DNA from: Phyllosticta citribraziliensis
Lineage: Eukaryota
NCBI RefSeq assembly: GCF_038025025.1
Contig: NW_027117348.1
Coordinates: forward strand, 1,116,001 to 1,180,000
Length of the DNA stretch: 64,000 nucleotides
Direction: 5' to 3'
The position numbers were made by a program, and so were the translations under genes. A model generated the notes under the pieces. That model searched no databases. It had not been told where the DNA came from and saw only the letters and a program-made list of their open reading frames with translations. Shown in pieces: positions 1-10,889 of the stretch (the first letter of the stretch is position 1; each line of letters begins with the position of its first letter).

Positions 1-571
1 GCTGCGCCGCCTGCTGCGCAGCCTCCGGCTGTTGACAAGCCGCCTCGCAGGCAATACACCGCCCAGGAGCGTCGTGAGTATCCCATGTCTCGGCCTTTGC
101 TGAAGTACTGTCTAACACGCTCGGTTTATAGAAACCGCGATCAACGGTGTGAATCGTTTCGCGAGGCGTATGGGATGGGACTTGCCCATCCTTCCCACCT
201 TGTTTCCACCCGAGGATCCGGTCCTGCGCGCTGAGTGGAACGAGATACGCGATGAAAGGGCTCGCATTGTCAAGCTCCTGAAGGCGCAGAAAGAGCGCGA
301 GGCCGCGCAGTCGACGAACCAGAAGCCGGCGCCGCTCACGACGATGGCCCCCAAGGCCCCATCCGCCACCCGCGATGCGGCCTCTGGCACCTCGAGCCAG
401 GTGATGCGTCTGGCATCATCGAGCACCATCGGCAAGCAGGAAGCTGATGCCCAGACGATGGCCGAGGGCGGAGAACTGCCGGAGGAACCGGACATGCAGA
501 AGGAGAAGAGGAAGCGTGAGGACGAGAAGGACGGCGTTTCTGGCACGGTGTCGAAGAAGGCGAAGGAATGA
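1..571 (+). CDS. 5'-truncated lineage-specific protein with C-terminal basic NLS-like motif (paralog A)
   Basis: Frame-1 exon 1-73 (..DKPPRRQYTAQER), intron 74-131 (GTGAGT..CTAAC..TAG), then an exon joining ORF 149-571 and ending EKRKREDEKDGVSGTVSKKAKE. Aligns without gaps to the gene at 1197-1916. Confidence 0.7.
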
Positions 572-1196
572 TGGGGGGCTACTGTCCAGGACATTTGCGT
601 GACTTCACGCCCAGAACCACGTAGCTCAATGAACCTTTGAGCTCAAACATCTGCTCCCCATGATTTCATTGTGATTCTGATGTACCAGTCTGCGGTCCCG
701 GACGATGTTTGCGACCAAGCCGTTTGCCGCGGAGTTTGCAAAGCGTCTGCTTGTCGTCGACTGTTGAAATAGCTTCAGCAGTAGCAGCTGGCGCTTCTGC
801 TCCCGACCTCTTTTCATACTGCCATAGGAAAGATCGAAGCCCTGAGTGATGGGACTTTTGCCGTCTTCGACGCTGGCGGTGGGACACTATACCAAGCGGT
901 ATATGACTTGGGCCGCGGACCCTCGATGCTTGAGTGCATGGTGTTTTTTTCTGACCAAGGGAGCATGAATGCTCCCTGTCGTCTCCCATTCTCTCAGATT
1001 AACACAAATGCGGAGTCTGTGTTATTTTTTCCTGGTCGGCAGCGGAAGAAGAGGGTGCGCCAACGGCGAGCGGGTATAGAAGCGCCGCGCACCCAGCGCC
1101 CTCCAACTCCAAACACCAACATACAGGCACAGCCTTTTCGCGAACACCACGAAGTTGCGACCTCGGCGCCGTGGTCTTGCGATTTCGACTTCGCAA

Positions 1197-1916
1197 ATGG
1201 CTCCGCCCTCTCCTCCGCCAAAGGATTGCTCGCCTGCCGGTAAGATGTCGCTCGAAACGCGTCGTATTGAGCTCCACTGACAGATTTGCAGACAATGATA
1301 GCTCTGGAAAGCTTGAAGGTCAGCATAAGTCAGCTCCAAAGGCCGCAGAATTCACTGACTCTTTCTTCAGAGCAAATCCCCGCCGCGAAACCTGCCAGCT
1401 CCGAGCGCCCCAAGTCCTACCAATACACGGACGACCAAATTCGTAAGAGAAGCGCCCTCTCATGATACCAGCCACCATCTGCTGACGATTTCGACAATAC
1501 AGGACAGTCTCGCGATGCTCTTGAAGATCTGGCGAAGGCTTTGGGATTCGGGATGCCCGGGCTTGTCAACCTGCACCCGCCTCCCGGCTACTGCGGATGG
1601 TACACCCAGACAAAGAGCGTCATCGAGCGGGAGCGTGCATATTCGATGGCCAAGATCGAGGCTTGGTGTGAAGAGCAGCGTGCGTGTCAGATGGCCAAGG
1701 TCGAGGCCTGGTATCGAGGAGCTCAGAAACATCGCGGCTGCAGAGGCCGCCGGCCAGACCAACGCTGATGGCAGGGCTACGGGCCAAGGCAGGGCTCCAC
1801 CATTGTTACCGACGTTGGCGAACGGAAAGAGGAAGCATATGGAGGAGGTCGACAGTGTTGATGGCTCCGTTGCGGGTCCAAAGACAAAGGCCACCAAGAT
1901 CGAGGCAAAGAAGTGA
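1197..1916 (+). pseudogene. Paralog B of the 1-571 gene, 3 introns, with an apparent +1 frameshift near 1715
   Basis: ATG 1197; introns 1240-1291, 1319-1370 and 1443-1502 keep the frame. A 45-bp internal duplication (MAKIEAWCEEQR / MAKVEAWY+EELR) shows one extra base at about 1715. The C-terminal KRKHMEEVDSVDGSVAGPKTKATK lies in the shifted frame. Confidence 0.65.
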
Positions 1917-2353
1917 TTGCGGAGGCTGCCGACGAGAAAGTTGCTGCGTTTGGATGCCCAAAATTACCAGGTAGCCCAATGAACCTTATTTGAGCGCCAC
2001 CATCTGCTCTTCGTGATAATGTCGTGCTGTTGATGTGCCAGACGGTGAGGTGGTTGACCATAAAAGCTCCCTGGATGCAGTCGTGTCGGGAAACGAATGC
2101 TCCATATGCCCAGCGGTGTAGATGCAAGACAGCCCCCCAAATGTAGTCAGTCGTGTTGAGAGACAAATGCTGCGTGTGCCCAGCTTTGGTCCGTCAGGGC
2201 GTGCCGCGAGTGGCCATCGCATTCGAAATCCGTCTTGCAGCCAGACCACCGTGAAGCGTAAAAGAGGTACCAATCTGCAGGCATGATGGCCTGGAGCCCA
2301 CACCGACAAAACAAACCCCCTTCCTCCTCTTCATGCCAAAGTCCAAAAAGAGA

Positions 2354-2509
2354 TTCCATCGCCGAGAATCGAACTCGGGCCTCCGGACATGCTGCAGATA
2401 CTAAGACCAACCATAAGCGCCCAAAGCTTCCAATGGGGCTCCCTCCCGCCACACCTCAGCCGGTCAGAGCAGTATGCGGTCCGGCGGGCTACCACTGCAC
2501 CACGACGGA
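2354..2509 (-). ncRNA. tRNA-shaped Pol III-type RNA, copy A, with a 92-nt structured insert in place of the anticodon loop
   Basis: Acceptor stem TCCGTCG/CGATGGA, A-box TGGTGCAGTGG, stem CCGGA/TCCGG, T-arm CCGAG-TTCGATT-CTCGG, a T5 run just downstream and TTTATA about 40 nt upstream. No U33 and no purine at 37. Confidence 0.75.
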
Positions 2510-2697
2510 TTGTTTTTGATGCTGAGTGGGGTGGGTTTTGCGATGTATAAAGTAGGCTGCGGGCGCGGTTGCCCTTGTTTGTGGGGATTGGGAGTTTGGT
2601 GACTGCAGTTTGCTTGTTGTCGGCGGCATGCGTCTTCGTCGCCGCCGCCTGTTGTCCGCGAACCTCACTGCTGGGCGCTCCTTATACCCGTAAACTT

Positions 2698-2856
2698 GGG
2701 CATGCTCAACCGGCCGGTATTAACTGTGGAATGCTTCTTCGTCGCCATCACCTCTTGTACGTAAGCCCCACTGCTGGATGCTCCCCGTGCGAGTACGCTC
2801 AGGTGTGCGGCGTGCGTACCATTTGGCCAGGCGGGCTACCATTGCACCACGATGGA
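2698..2856 (-). ncRNA. Degenerate copy C of the tRNA-shaped element (5' half and flank kept, T-arm/B-box lost)
   Basis: Starts TCCATCGTGGTGCAATGGTAGCCCGCC, keeps the landmarks GCCGCACAC, GGGGAGC, GCTTA and AGCATG plus a similar upstream flank. No GTTCGA T-loop. Confidence 0.55.
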
Positions 2857-3293
2857 CATTTGATTCTGAATAGAGTGGCTGACTGACAATATGAAGCAGC
2901 ATGTAGGTGGATGCAGCAGAAGCGCAGAAACTTCGACGCAGCAATGGCGTCCTGCTTCTCAAACCTGGAGTTTTGCGATGGTTGGACGGAAGCGGAGTAG
3001 ACTGCTGGGAAGAAGTGAAGTAACAGCGTCCAAATTCGGTGTTCATGTACTATTGCAACGTGCCGGATAGAGTTGGGAGTTTTTGAGCGTGTGCGTGCCC
3101 TCTACACTTCTCGCGATGACGTCGTGATGTTAACGCGCAAGACCGCAACCTCGCTCGGCACCAGACCCGGGAATCGACGAGACAAAACAGAGCACCTGCC
3201 CCTGCCTGCCGTCCATCTGCCACTCGGCCCTTTCTCCCCCCTCACTCGACGAGCCGAGCCGGCGGTCGAAAAAGATAGGCGAGCAAAAAGATA

Positions 3294-3449
3294 TTCCATC
3301 GCCGAGAATCGAACTCGGGCCTCCAGACATGCTGCAGATACTAAGACCGACCTTAAGCCTATGCGCATCTCAAGCATAGGCTCCCTCCCACCCCCTCAGC
3401 CGGTCAGAGTAGTGTGCGGCCTGGCGGGCTACCACTGCACCACGACGGA
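3294..3449 (-). ncRNA. tRNA-shaped Pol III-type RNA, copy B
   Basis: Same 156-nt length as copy A, 940 bp away. Identical acceptor, D and T arms; stem CCAGG/TCTGG; inner 9-bp hairpin AGCCTATGC/GCATAGGCT; T5 terminator; upstream TTTATA. Confidence 0.75.
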
Positions 3450-4261
3450 TTTTTGGTGCTGAATAGGGCGGCGTTTGCGGAATATAAAGCCAACCGTGAG
3501 CGCCCGCCGCCACGGCCGCAGGCGCATGGCGCCGCAGCAAGATCCAGAAGACTGGCTGAGCGGCTGCTCAGTCTCGAGGGTCCGGTAAATAGTAATCCGC
3601 ATCGCCTCGCCATTCTCTTGGGCTTCACTGCCCAGCGCCAACATATCCACCGGATGCGTCGACGTTATCGCCATTGAGGCTGCCGACACCTTCGCCAAAG
3701 GAAAGCAGCTGACTGAACAGCAGCTGACTGAACAACACTTGCTGAGTCTGTCCGCTGCCTGACGGGCTGACCGGCCACGCACTCGTCCTTTACCGCGCAC
3801 GATGGCAGCCCGCATCGCCTCGACACCCATGCTCTTGAACTCCACTGTCCAACGTCAATCCGCCAGTGCGCATGGATGCTCCCACCATCGAGGCTGTCGA
3901 CAGAGTCCATCAATATCGAAACAAACCCAGGCGCACGGATTCTTCTGGCCGTCTGTCGTTCGAGTTCTGCTCGGCTCGTCCGCCCGACGCACCCTTGTCG
4001 TCCGCCACCACCGACATCCCAGCTCCTGTGCAGAATAAGCTCAAGCTTAAAAATAAGCTTACTTGCGTCCGCGCGCCGAACACGAGGACAGAGAAAAAAC
4101 GGAACGACGAGCAGACGCGTCAGCCAAGAAAGAGTCGCGCCTCGCAGGTGAAGATGGGCTGACAGTGCTAGCCGTGGCGCAAGAGGGCAGGGGGGAGACG
4201 AGGAAAAGATCATGAAAGATGGATGGGCGAGGATAGGTGGGTAGGTGCTGTGCCGTGTATC

Positions 4262-4296
4262 AACATACATACATACAAACATACATACATACATAC
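4262..4296. repeat. (ACAT)n microsatellite, imperfect
   Basis: aacatacatacatacaaacatacatacatacatac. Confidence 0.85.
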
Positions 4297-4714
4297 ACAC
4301 AAGAGATGCTTCAAGTGATCAAGATGCCGGCTGAATATGCCATGAGATCCATGTTATGCAAAGCAAAGCAACGCAATGCAAAGCCAAAAAAAGGGTCGCG
4401 TCAGACGACAGCCATCACCGCGCGACCAGCGGGGATTAAGAATACAAAGAGCGCGCGCGCTCGCTCAGCAACGACGACAACGAAGAAGGAAAGGGTTTTT
4501 GCAAAAAGATCCAGTCGAGTGTTTGTACCGCCGACTCTTCGAGCGTCAGAAGAGATGTGGATGGTTTTTGTACAGAAAAGAGGGGACCGTCCGACAGGCG
4601 GGGCCCAAGAAGTGAAGAAGAACAAAGCAAAGACAAAAAAGACCAGTATCCACTCCACCAGCTACCCTTGGGCGTCATAACAGGCGTCTGCGTTCAATAT
4701 TCAACAGGAAAGAT

Positions 4715-5842
4715 TCAAAGCTTCCTCGCGCCGAAGCCGCTGGGGGCGGCGACACCCTTTTGCAGGGTGCGGAAGCCGGCGCTGGGGAAGGGGGCGGAGG
4801 CGCCCTCGCTGGACGGGACGGGGTAGTAGGGGCTGAAGTCGGCCTGGATGGGGGTGTGGGTGGCCGAGACCTCGGCGGCGGAGACGGGGCAGACGGTCGT
4901 GTAGACGTCAATGGTGGCCGTGACGACCTTTTCGGTGCCCGACTCGGTGATGGTCGACAGGGCCGTCTTGTAGACGGTGCTAGTCGTCATGATGGTGGTT
5001 GGGGCGGCCGAGCTGACGTCGGCGACCTGGACGGACGAGCCAGAGGGGACGACAGTCTGAATGCGTTAGAAGGGAATGCTCAACATGGAAAAGAAACGTA
5101 CCACAGTGACAGTCTCGGCCGGGGCAGTGACGGTGACAGTCTTGCCAACGCAGCTCGAGCCAGAGGTGACAGCCTCGGCGGCAACGGCGCCACTGGACGC
5201 GACGGAGCCAGGGGTCGTGGTCGGGCGGACGGTAATGTACTTGGTAATGGTGGAAGTCGACGAAATGGTCGTGGTAGGGCTGGAGGCGGCGCCGGCAGGG
5301 CTAGAAACCTCGGCGGCAACGATGCTGGCCGGCTTGGAGGCGTACACAGTCTCGACAATGGTTTCGACGCTGGTGGTCTGGATCGTGGTGGTAACGACAG
5401 TCTTGGAAGCCGTGCCGAGAGTGTACGTCAAGGTCCTGTCAATCGTCTTGGTAACGAGGGTCGTGCCGGGGGCTACGGGGCTGGCATCCGGGGCGCTGGG
5501 GCTCGGGGATGAGCCAGTGCCGAGAGGGACCGATGGGGCCTCGAGAGCAGCGACATCGCTGGCGGTAGAGGCAGGAGTTGCAGAAGCAGAGGCCTCGGCG
5601 GCGGTGACGGGGCAGACGGTGGTGTAAATGTCGACAGTGGCCGTGACGACCTTCTCAGTGCCAGATTCGGTGATTGTCGAGAGGAGCGTGCTGTAGACGG
5701 TCGAAGTGGTGTACGAGGTGACATCCAGAGCGGCAACGCTCGAGTTGGAGTACTGGCGAGGCAGGACCTTGAAGTGCCTGGGCTCAGAGGCGGCGGCGAG
5801 GACGGCCAGCGAGGCGGCGGAGAAGAGGGTTGAAAAGTGCAT
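4715..5842 (-). CDS. Secreted Ser/Thr/Ala-rich cell-wall or adhesin-like protein
   Basis: Signal peptide MHFSTLFSAASLAVLAAA; intron 5057-5101 joins the two ORFs; duplicated motif TTSTVY..STITESGTEKVVTAT.D.YTTVCPV. Confidence 0.8.
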
Positions 5843-8256
5843 TTTGCAAATCAAGACGTGGGCGAATCCTCAAAGAGCGACAGACGCAAGAAGGGCAAAA
5901 ACGAGTGTGGTGACCTGAGTCCAGAGAGCGAGGAAAGCAGCGAGCGAAAAACAGAGGGCGAGGGAGTGACGGGGTAGATATTGGCAAAGGATGGGGACCA
6001 AGCGCCGCGGCGGTGATGATGGAGGGCCCAGCATCAGGAACAGGTTAGCCGCCGGGCAGCGCAGGGTCCCGGTGGATGGATATGACAGGCCCCTGAGTGC
6101 GACATGGCTAGTGACCGCAAGCTGTGCGACGAGGCAGTCGATGGCATCGAAATCGAGTGTTTCTACACCAGGCGGTCAGCTTGATCAACGACATATCTGG
6201 CGGGGGCTCTCAGACCGTCGTCGGACCACCGAATGGCCACCCTCTCTGCTCATCTCGGCAATGGCAGGACATCATCGACGCGTGCCGGCAAATCGCTCGC
6301 ATCGCACATGGGGATCAACAGGTACGGTACCGCCAGGTGCACCATCGGGCTGCAACAACGGGAGCAGGAAAACGGCGAGGCGCTGCCGTGGTGGACGGCT
6401 GCGTCGCGATGCTGCGAGATGGTGTTGTGGGAGGAGACGATTGGCTTGTTGGGCAGACCCTGTCGCAGCGGGCGGCCCGAATTGCAGGGGGCAGGTGTTT
6501 CAGTGGCTGCCAAATCTCCGACCTCTAGACACCACCTCCCTCTCTCGATGCAGTTTGGCTTGTTCCGTTCGCTCAACAACAAATTCTTTGACCGCTCCCG
6601 ACCTGCCTGCAATCCTTCCGGCCCGGTGCATCTCTCGCTGGCCGCTCATCCGTGCTGGTGCTCTGGCTGACCCCTGGCCCATGCATCCTCCAGCGGGAGG
6701 AACACGACCCTAGGCCTTCCTTTGAGCCTCTTCCGTGCCTGAGGCGTCCAAGTCTCTCAGCCGCAGGCCATAGACGGCTCGAGCGATATTCAATTCTCGG
6801 CAGCGCCATCATTGAGCGCCAAAGGATTCGCAGACTCGGCATTCGTGAGCGACGACAGTCCATTCGCCGTCCTCAAACCGCAAATCTCAGCCTGAAATTT
6901 GGTGCCCCGCAACAGCCAACCATCTGACGACGACGGCCAAGCGATAGCGCTCCTCGCGGTTGGTCCATAAGGCTGCCTCCCTTGCTCCCCAGATCACCGT
7001 GGCACAGCGTTTGCTCCGTGGCAGCCAAAGCATGGCGACGAGGCATGTGCGTCCACTCGTGGCAGCAGAAACTTCTAGACGCTCATTTCGTCGAGTCCTG
7101 TCTCATTCTCGCTGATGAGCGCAGCTGAGGGCGAATCCCGATGAAACGGCCTCATTTCTTTCAACATCATTCTTGCTCGGGCACAAAAGACATTTGCCAG
7201 CGCCTGTCTTCGCCGTCCAACCCGTACGGAATACGAAGTGCAGACGACCAAGTCATCGCCCCCAACGCCATCCCCCACTTTCGCGAGCTTTACAACACTG
7301 CCAGCACGGACGTTGGATCGTGGCGTGCGGGTTCTGGACTGGCTAGCCCATCTTGGCAGTTCTGGAGCGGTACTTGTCCGTATTCACGACGCTTCTCTTC
7401 CGAGGTCGACCATCTGTCTGCACCACTGAAATACAGAATGCATGCTCGACGGGGAGAGGGGGCAGCGTCTCGTCCAGTTTCAACAGTTTTGAAAGGGAAA
7501 GAAGAGCAACGTTGTCTCCCTGCACTTCAGCCGCTAAACAAACAACAAGTACCACAAAGCGTGGCAGGAAGAAATAAATCAAGCCACAGTGGGCGGTGGG
7601 CAACAAAACAATACTCCCTAGGCGCAGCTGCGGCATCGAATGACAAGTGCAGACACGGTTCCAAGAGCCGTCATTTCCTCGGACACCACTAGCTGTGAAC
7701 CTGACGCAGGTAGGCAGACGGATGAACAGATACTGCCAAACCCGCAGAATCCAAACCAAGCACTCAGTGACTCTCCCGATGCATAGACGACGAGGAGACC
7801 AGCAATAAATTCAGCCCATCCCTCATCTACCTTCGCTCCCGTCCGCTCTTTGGCACGCAGCACAAAACACGCGCAGTCTCCCCGTTCATCCATCACGATC
7901 GCTCCACGAGTCCCTCTCTCCTCTCGCGCAGCCAGCAAAGAAGTGGCTAGCAGCGCTGTCTCCATGACCACGCACTCAATACGCAGCCAGTCGGCACATC
8001 ACAGCGCGCAGAACCAAAAGAAGGGGCACTTCCCCGCGAGCAGTCATGACTTACAGCACCAAGGTATTTCCAAGGAGGCCGTTTTTCCACCACACGTGCA
8101 GCTCAGACAATGAAGGCCGCTTCGGCCGGCTCGACCAGCTCGTCTCGTCTCGTCTCGCCATGCCCGTCGTCGGTTGGTCGATCAAGGTAAGGCAAGGTAG
8201 GTGATCGGCCGCACAGAAAAACATCAGGACAGCATCCGTCCGGTGCTTTTGACAAG

Positions 8257-8283
8257 CAGACAGACAGACAAACAGACAGACAG
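8257..8283. repeat. (CAGA)n microsatellite, imperfect
   Basis: cagacagacagacaaacagacagacag. Confidence 0.75.
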
Positions 8284-9157
8284 CCATCCAGGCAAGCAGG
8301 AGAAAAGGTATGTCTTATTGACCAGTAAGCTCCAGGTACGTACTTCAACTCGCCCGTATCAATTCACGCCATCCCTCTAACCCCCTACTCCTCCCATCTA
8401 CATCGACCCACATCTACATACCCTCCGCACGCGCACCAGAAAAGAAGAAGTCGGGAAAAAAGCATTACAACAGCAACAACACTAACCCACCATTAAAATT
8501 ATACACCGGAACCCAATAAACCACGCCCCGCCACGCTGCGCCAGCCCACCTCCCAAGCCCTCTAGCGCGCAGAATGCCGCAAACAAACAAGACTTCTATG
8601 TAAGAAACCCTCAAGCAATGAATACCAAAGTCGCAAACCCAATCCCGATTCTGATGCCGATCTCATGCTCTCATGCTCTCCAAGGTCTGCCTCCACCTCG
8701 ACAAACGAGACGGGCGAAGGAAGGGAGGGAGGTGTGCAGGAAGGTGGAAAGGTGGGTACATGCAACGTTCCAAGTCATAGCAGCCGTCTCTCAATTCACA
8801 ATACTCCAAAGCCCGTGCCGTTCATGCGTGCTCAAGTCGTATCGTATCCGTCGTGCGTAGCTCGTCGTCGTGGTGCTGCTTCTGCCGCCGCTGCAGGTGG
8901 CAGTCCAGCGTATCCACATCCACAGCCTACCAACGCATGGCCTCGTCCGCGAACCCTCCGATGAATATAAAATATGTACAGCTCCGGGCCAACGAGCCAG
9001 CCCGGAGCAGCCGACCAGGACCAAAAGGCGGAACAAGGCCGCCGCGCGTCGAGCTCCGTGGGTATATGAGAGGGTGAAGAGGGGTGGGAAAAGGGAGTGG
9101 GAAAGATTACAAAGCGAAGATGATGCGGACGATTCGATTCGATTCGCGTCGCTGCAT

Positions 9158-10889
9158 CTACCCGCTATTATCGGCGCAAGAAAAGGCGCTTCCCTGCGCG
9201 CCCTCGGCCAACGCCTCACCACTGGCATACAAGCCGAGGCCGCAAATGACGGCGCCCTGGATGACGACGTAGACGTTGAGCGCGGTGAGCAGCATCTTCT
9301 TCCAGCTCTCGGCCCAGCGGCCGCGGTTCATGTAGAGCCAGAGGAAGCCCGAGAAGCCGAAGCTGAACCACGAGCAGAAGAGGGCCGAGATGAGCGAGAT
9401 GAGCAGCGAGAACGACGGGATCGCCTCGGCGATGATCCACGCTATCACCCAGAGCACCGTGCAGATGGCTATCCACGAGATGAGCGACGCGCCGTACTTT
9501 TGGTGCAGGCGGGCCGGCTGGTTGCGCCACATGCGCACCCAAATGTACTTGCACGCCACGTGGCCATTAACGACGCCCGCGATGACAATCGTCGGCAGGG
9601 CCAGGCCAAAGGCGATTTTGGAGACGAGCGGCGACGCCGAGCCCAGCGCCGGCGACAGCACGTCCGGGCCGGCGTAAATGTAAATGACGACGCCGACAAT
9701 GACGTAGAAGATGGTGGCCATGCCCTCCATGAAGACGACCGACTTGGTGAAGTCGCGCGGGTCGCGCAGCTCGGCGCAAAAGGTGAAGAAGGCGTGGTGA
9801 CCGGAGAATGCAAGGATGATTTGCAACGTCGCAAGCATGCCGTTCTGCAGCGACACGTGTTGTTGAGCCGCGACGGCCTGGCCGTACTCGGGACGGATGA
9901 TGGCAATGTCGATCATGGCGACCAAGACGCAGACGACGACGGAAAGGCAGGATGCAATGGAGAGGTACGAGACCTTTTCCAGCTGGCGCTTGAGGGCCAA
10001 GGCGAGACAGACGGCAAAGCCGACGAATCCAAAGACAATCGTGCAGGTGCCGTGGCCCGTCAGGACGTTGAGGGCAATGCTGAAGCTGAGCACGTGCGCG
10101 CCCATGATGAAGATGATGATGAGGACCTGCGCGACGCCCATGATTTCGCGCGCAATGGGCCCGCCCATCAAGTAGGCGGCATCGGCAAAGGTATGCGTCG
10201 AGGGGTACTTGTTGAAGAATTGGCCGACCACGTAGCCGCAGTACATGGCCATGAGACCGAAAAAGATGGTAAGAATGATGCCCCTGCACAAGTTAGACGG
10301 CCCAGATAGAGACAGTATGCAGCACAGATAGACAAAATGCACTTACGGCACCAGGCCAATGGTCGCGACGGCGTTGGGGAGCGAGAGAACACCCAGCGAA
10401 ATGTTCTCGGCTACCATTACTGTGGGGCGTCAGTCCTGGGTATAGCAATTTTTCGGTTGACTCACATAAGCCGACTTGCCTGCCAAATGTTAGCTGCATC
10501 CAAAGATCAAGGAGTGAATACGTACCACCACGACATTGTCTGATACTTCATCTCTGCATTCTCGTCCTCGTGGCCAAAGGGATTGACCTCGCCCACCTAA
10601 GATTGTCAGCCCACGTCGAATGGTCTTGCCGAGTCCATACCTCAGTGGGAGTGTAGGGCGGAGCGCTCTGCTTGCCCTTCTCCGCATCTCCCAGCTCCTC
10701 GGACGACGACGTCTCGCTCACGTCGAGAACCTCGCCAACGGCTCGGCTGTTGTTTGAGGTGCTGGAGCGGGTCTCGTGTGTAGGGGCGGCGTCATTCGTC
10801 TTGCCCTCTTCGGCGGCGATCGGAGCAGCGGTGCGGATGGCAAGGTCAGAATTGCCATTGCCGGCACCCTGTTGGTCAGTGGGACCCAT
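9158..10889 (-). CDS. Amino-acid/auxin permease family transporter (Mtr-like neutral amino acid permease)
   Basis: Spliced N-terminal motif KYQTMSWWQVGLLMVAENISLGVLSLP includes a 14-nt micro-exon (10466-10479). Multi-TM exon with AFSGHHAFF..ELRDPRDF, SPALGSA and AEAIPSF. Confidence 0.88.

Noticed and set aside
2354..3449. Calling the elements tRNA-Cys(GCA) with a long intron
   Set aside because: C33, pyrimidine 37, A73 instead of U73, a D-stem mismatch and no anticodon-intron pair argue against a functional Cys tRNA.
3526..4162. Possible small spliced plus-strand gene (MAPQQDPEDWLSG..) with a 15-bp tandem repeat at about 3706-3735
   Set aside because: Weak splice signals, an early stop and no recognisable homology.
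5850..9150. Numerous 60-240 aa ORFs in the long intergenic regions (also 28.2-31.1 kb)
   Set aside because: Overlapping Arg/Ser/Pro-rich translations typical of GC-rich non-coding DNA; no domain motifs, consistent codon bias or RNA gene signature seen.
8870..10309. 479-aa plus-strand ORF, and similar long ORFs at 50662-51783, 53585-54991 and 19571-20902
   Set aside because: Antisense shadows of GC3-rich real genes (permease, FMN dehydrogenase, SEC23, PTC5) with no recognisable motifs of their own.
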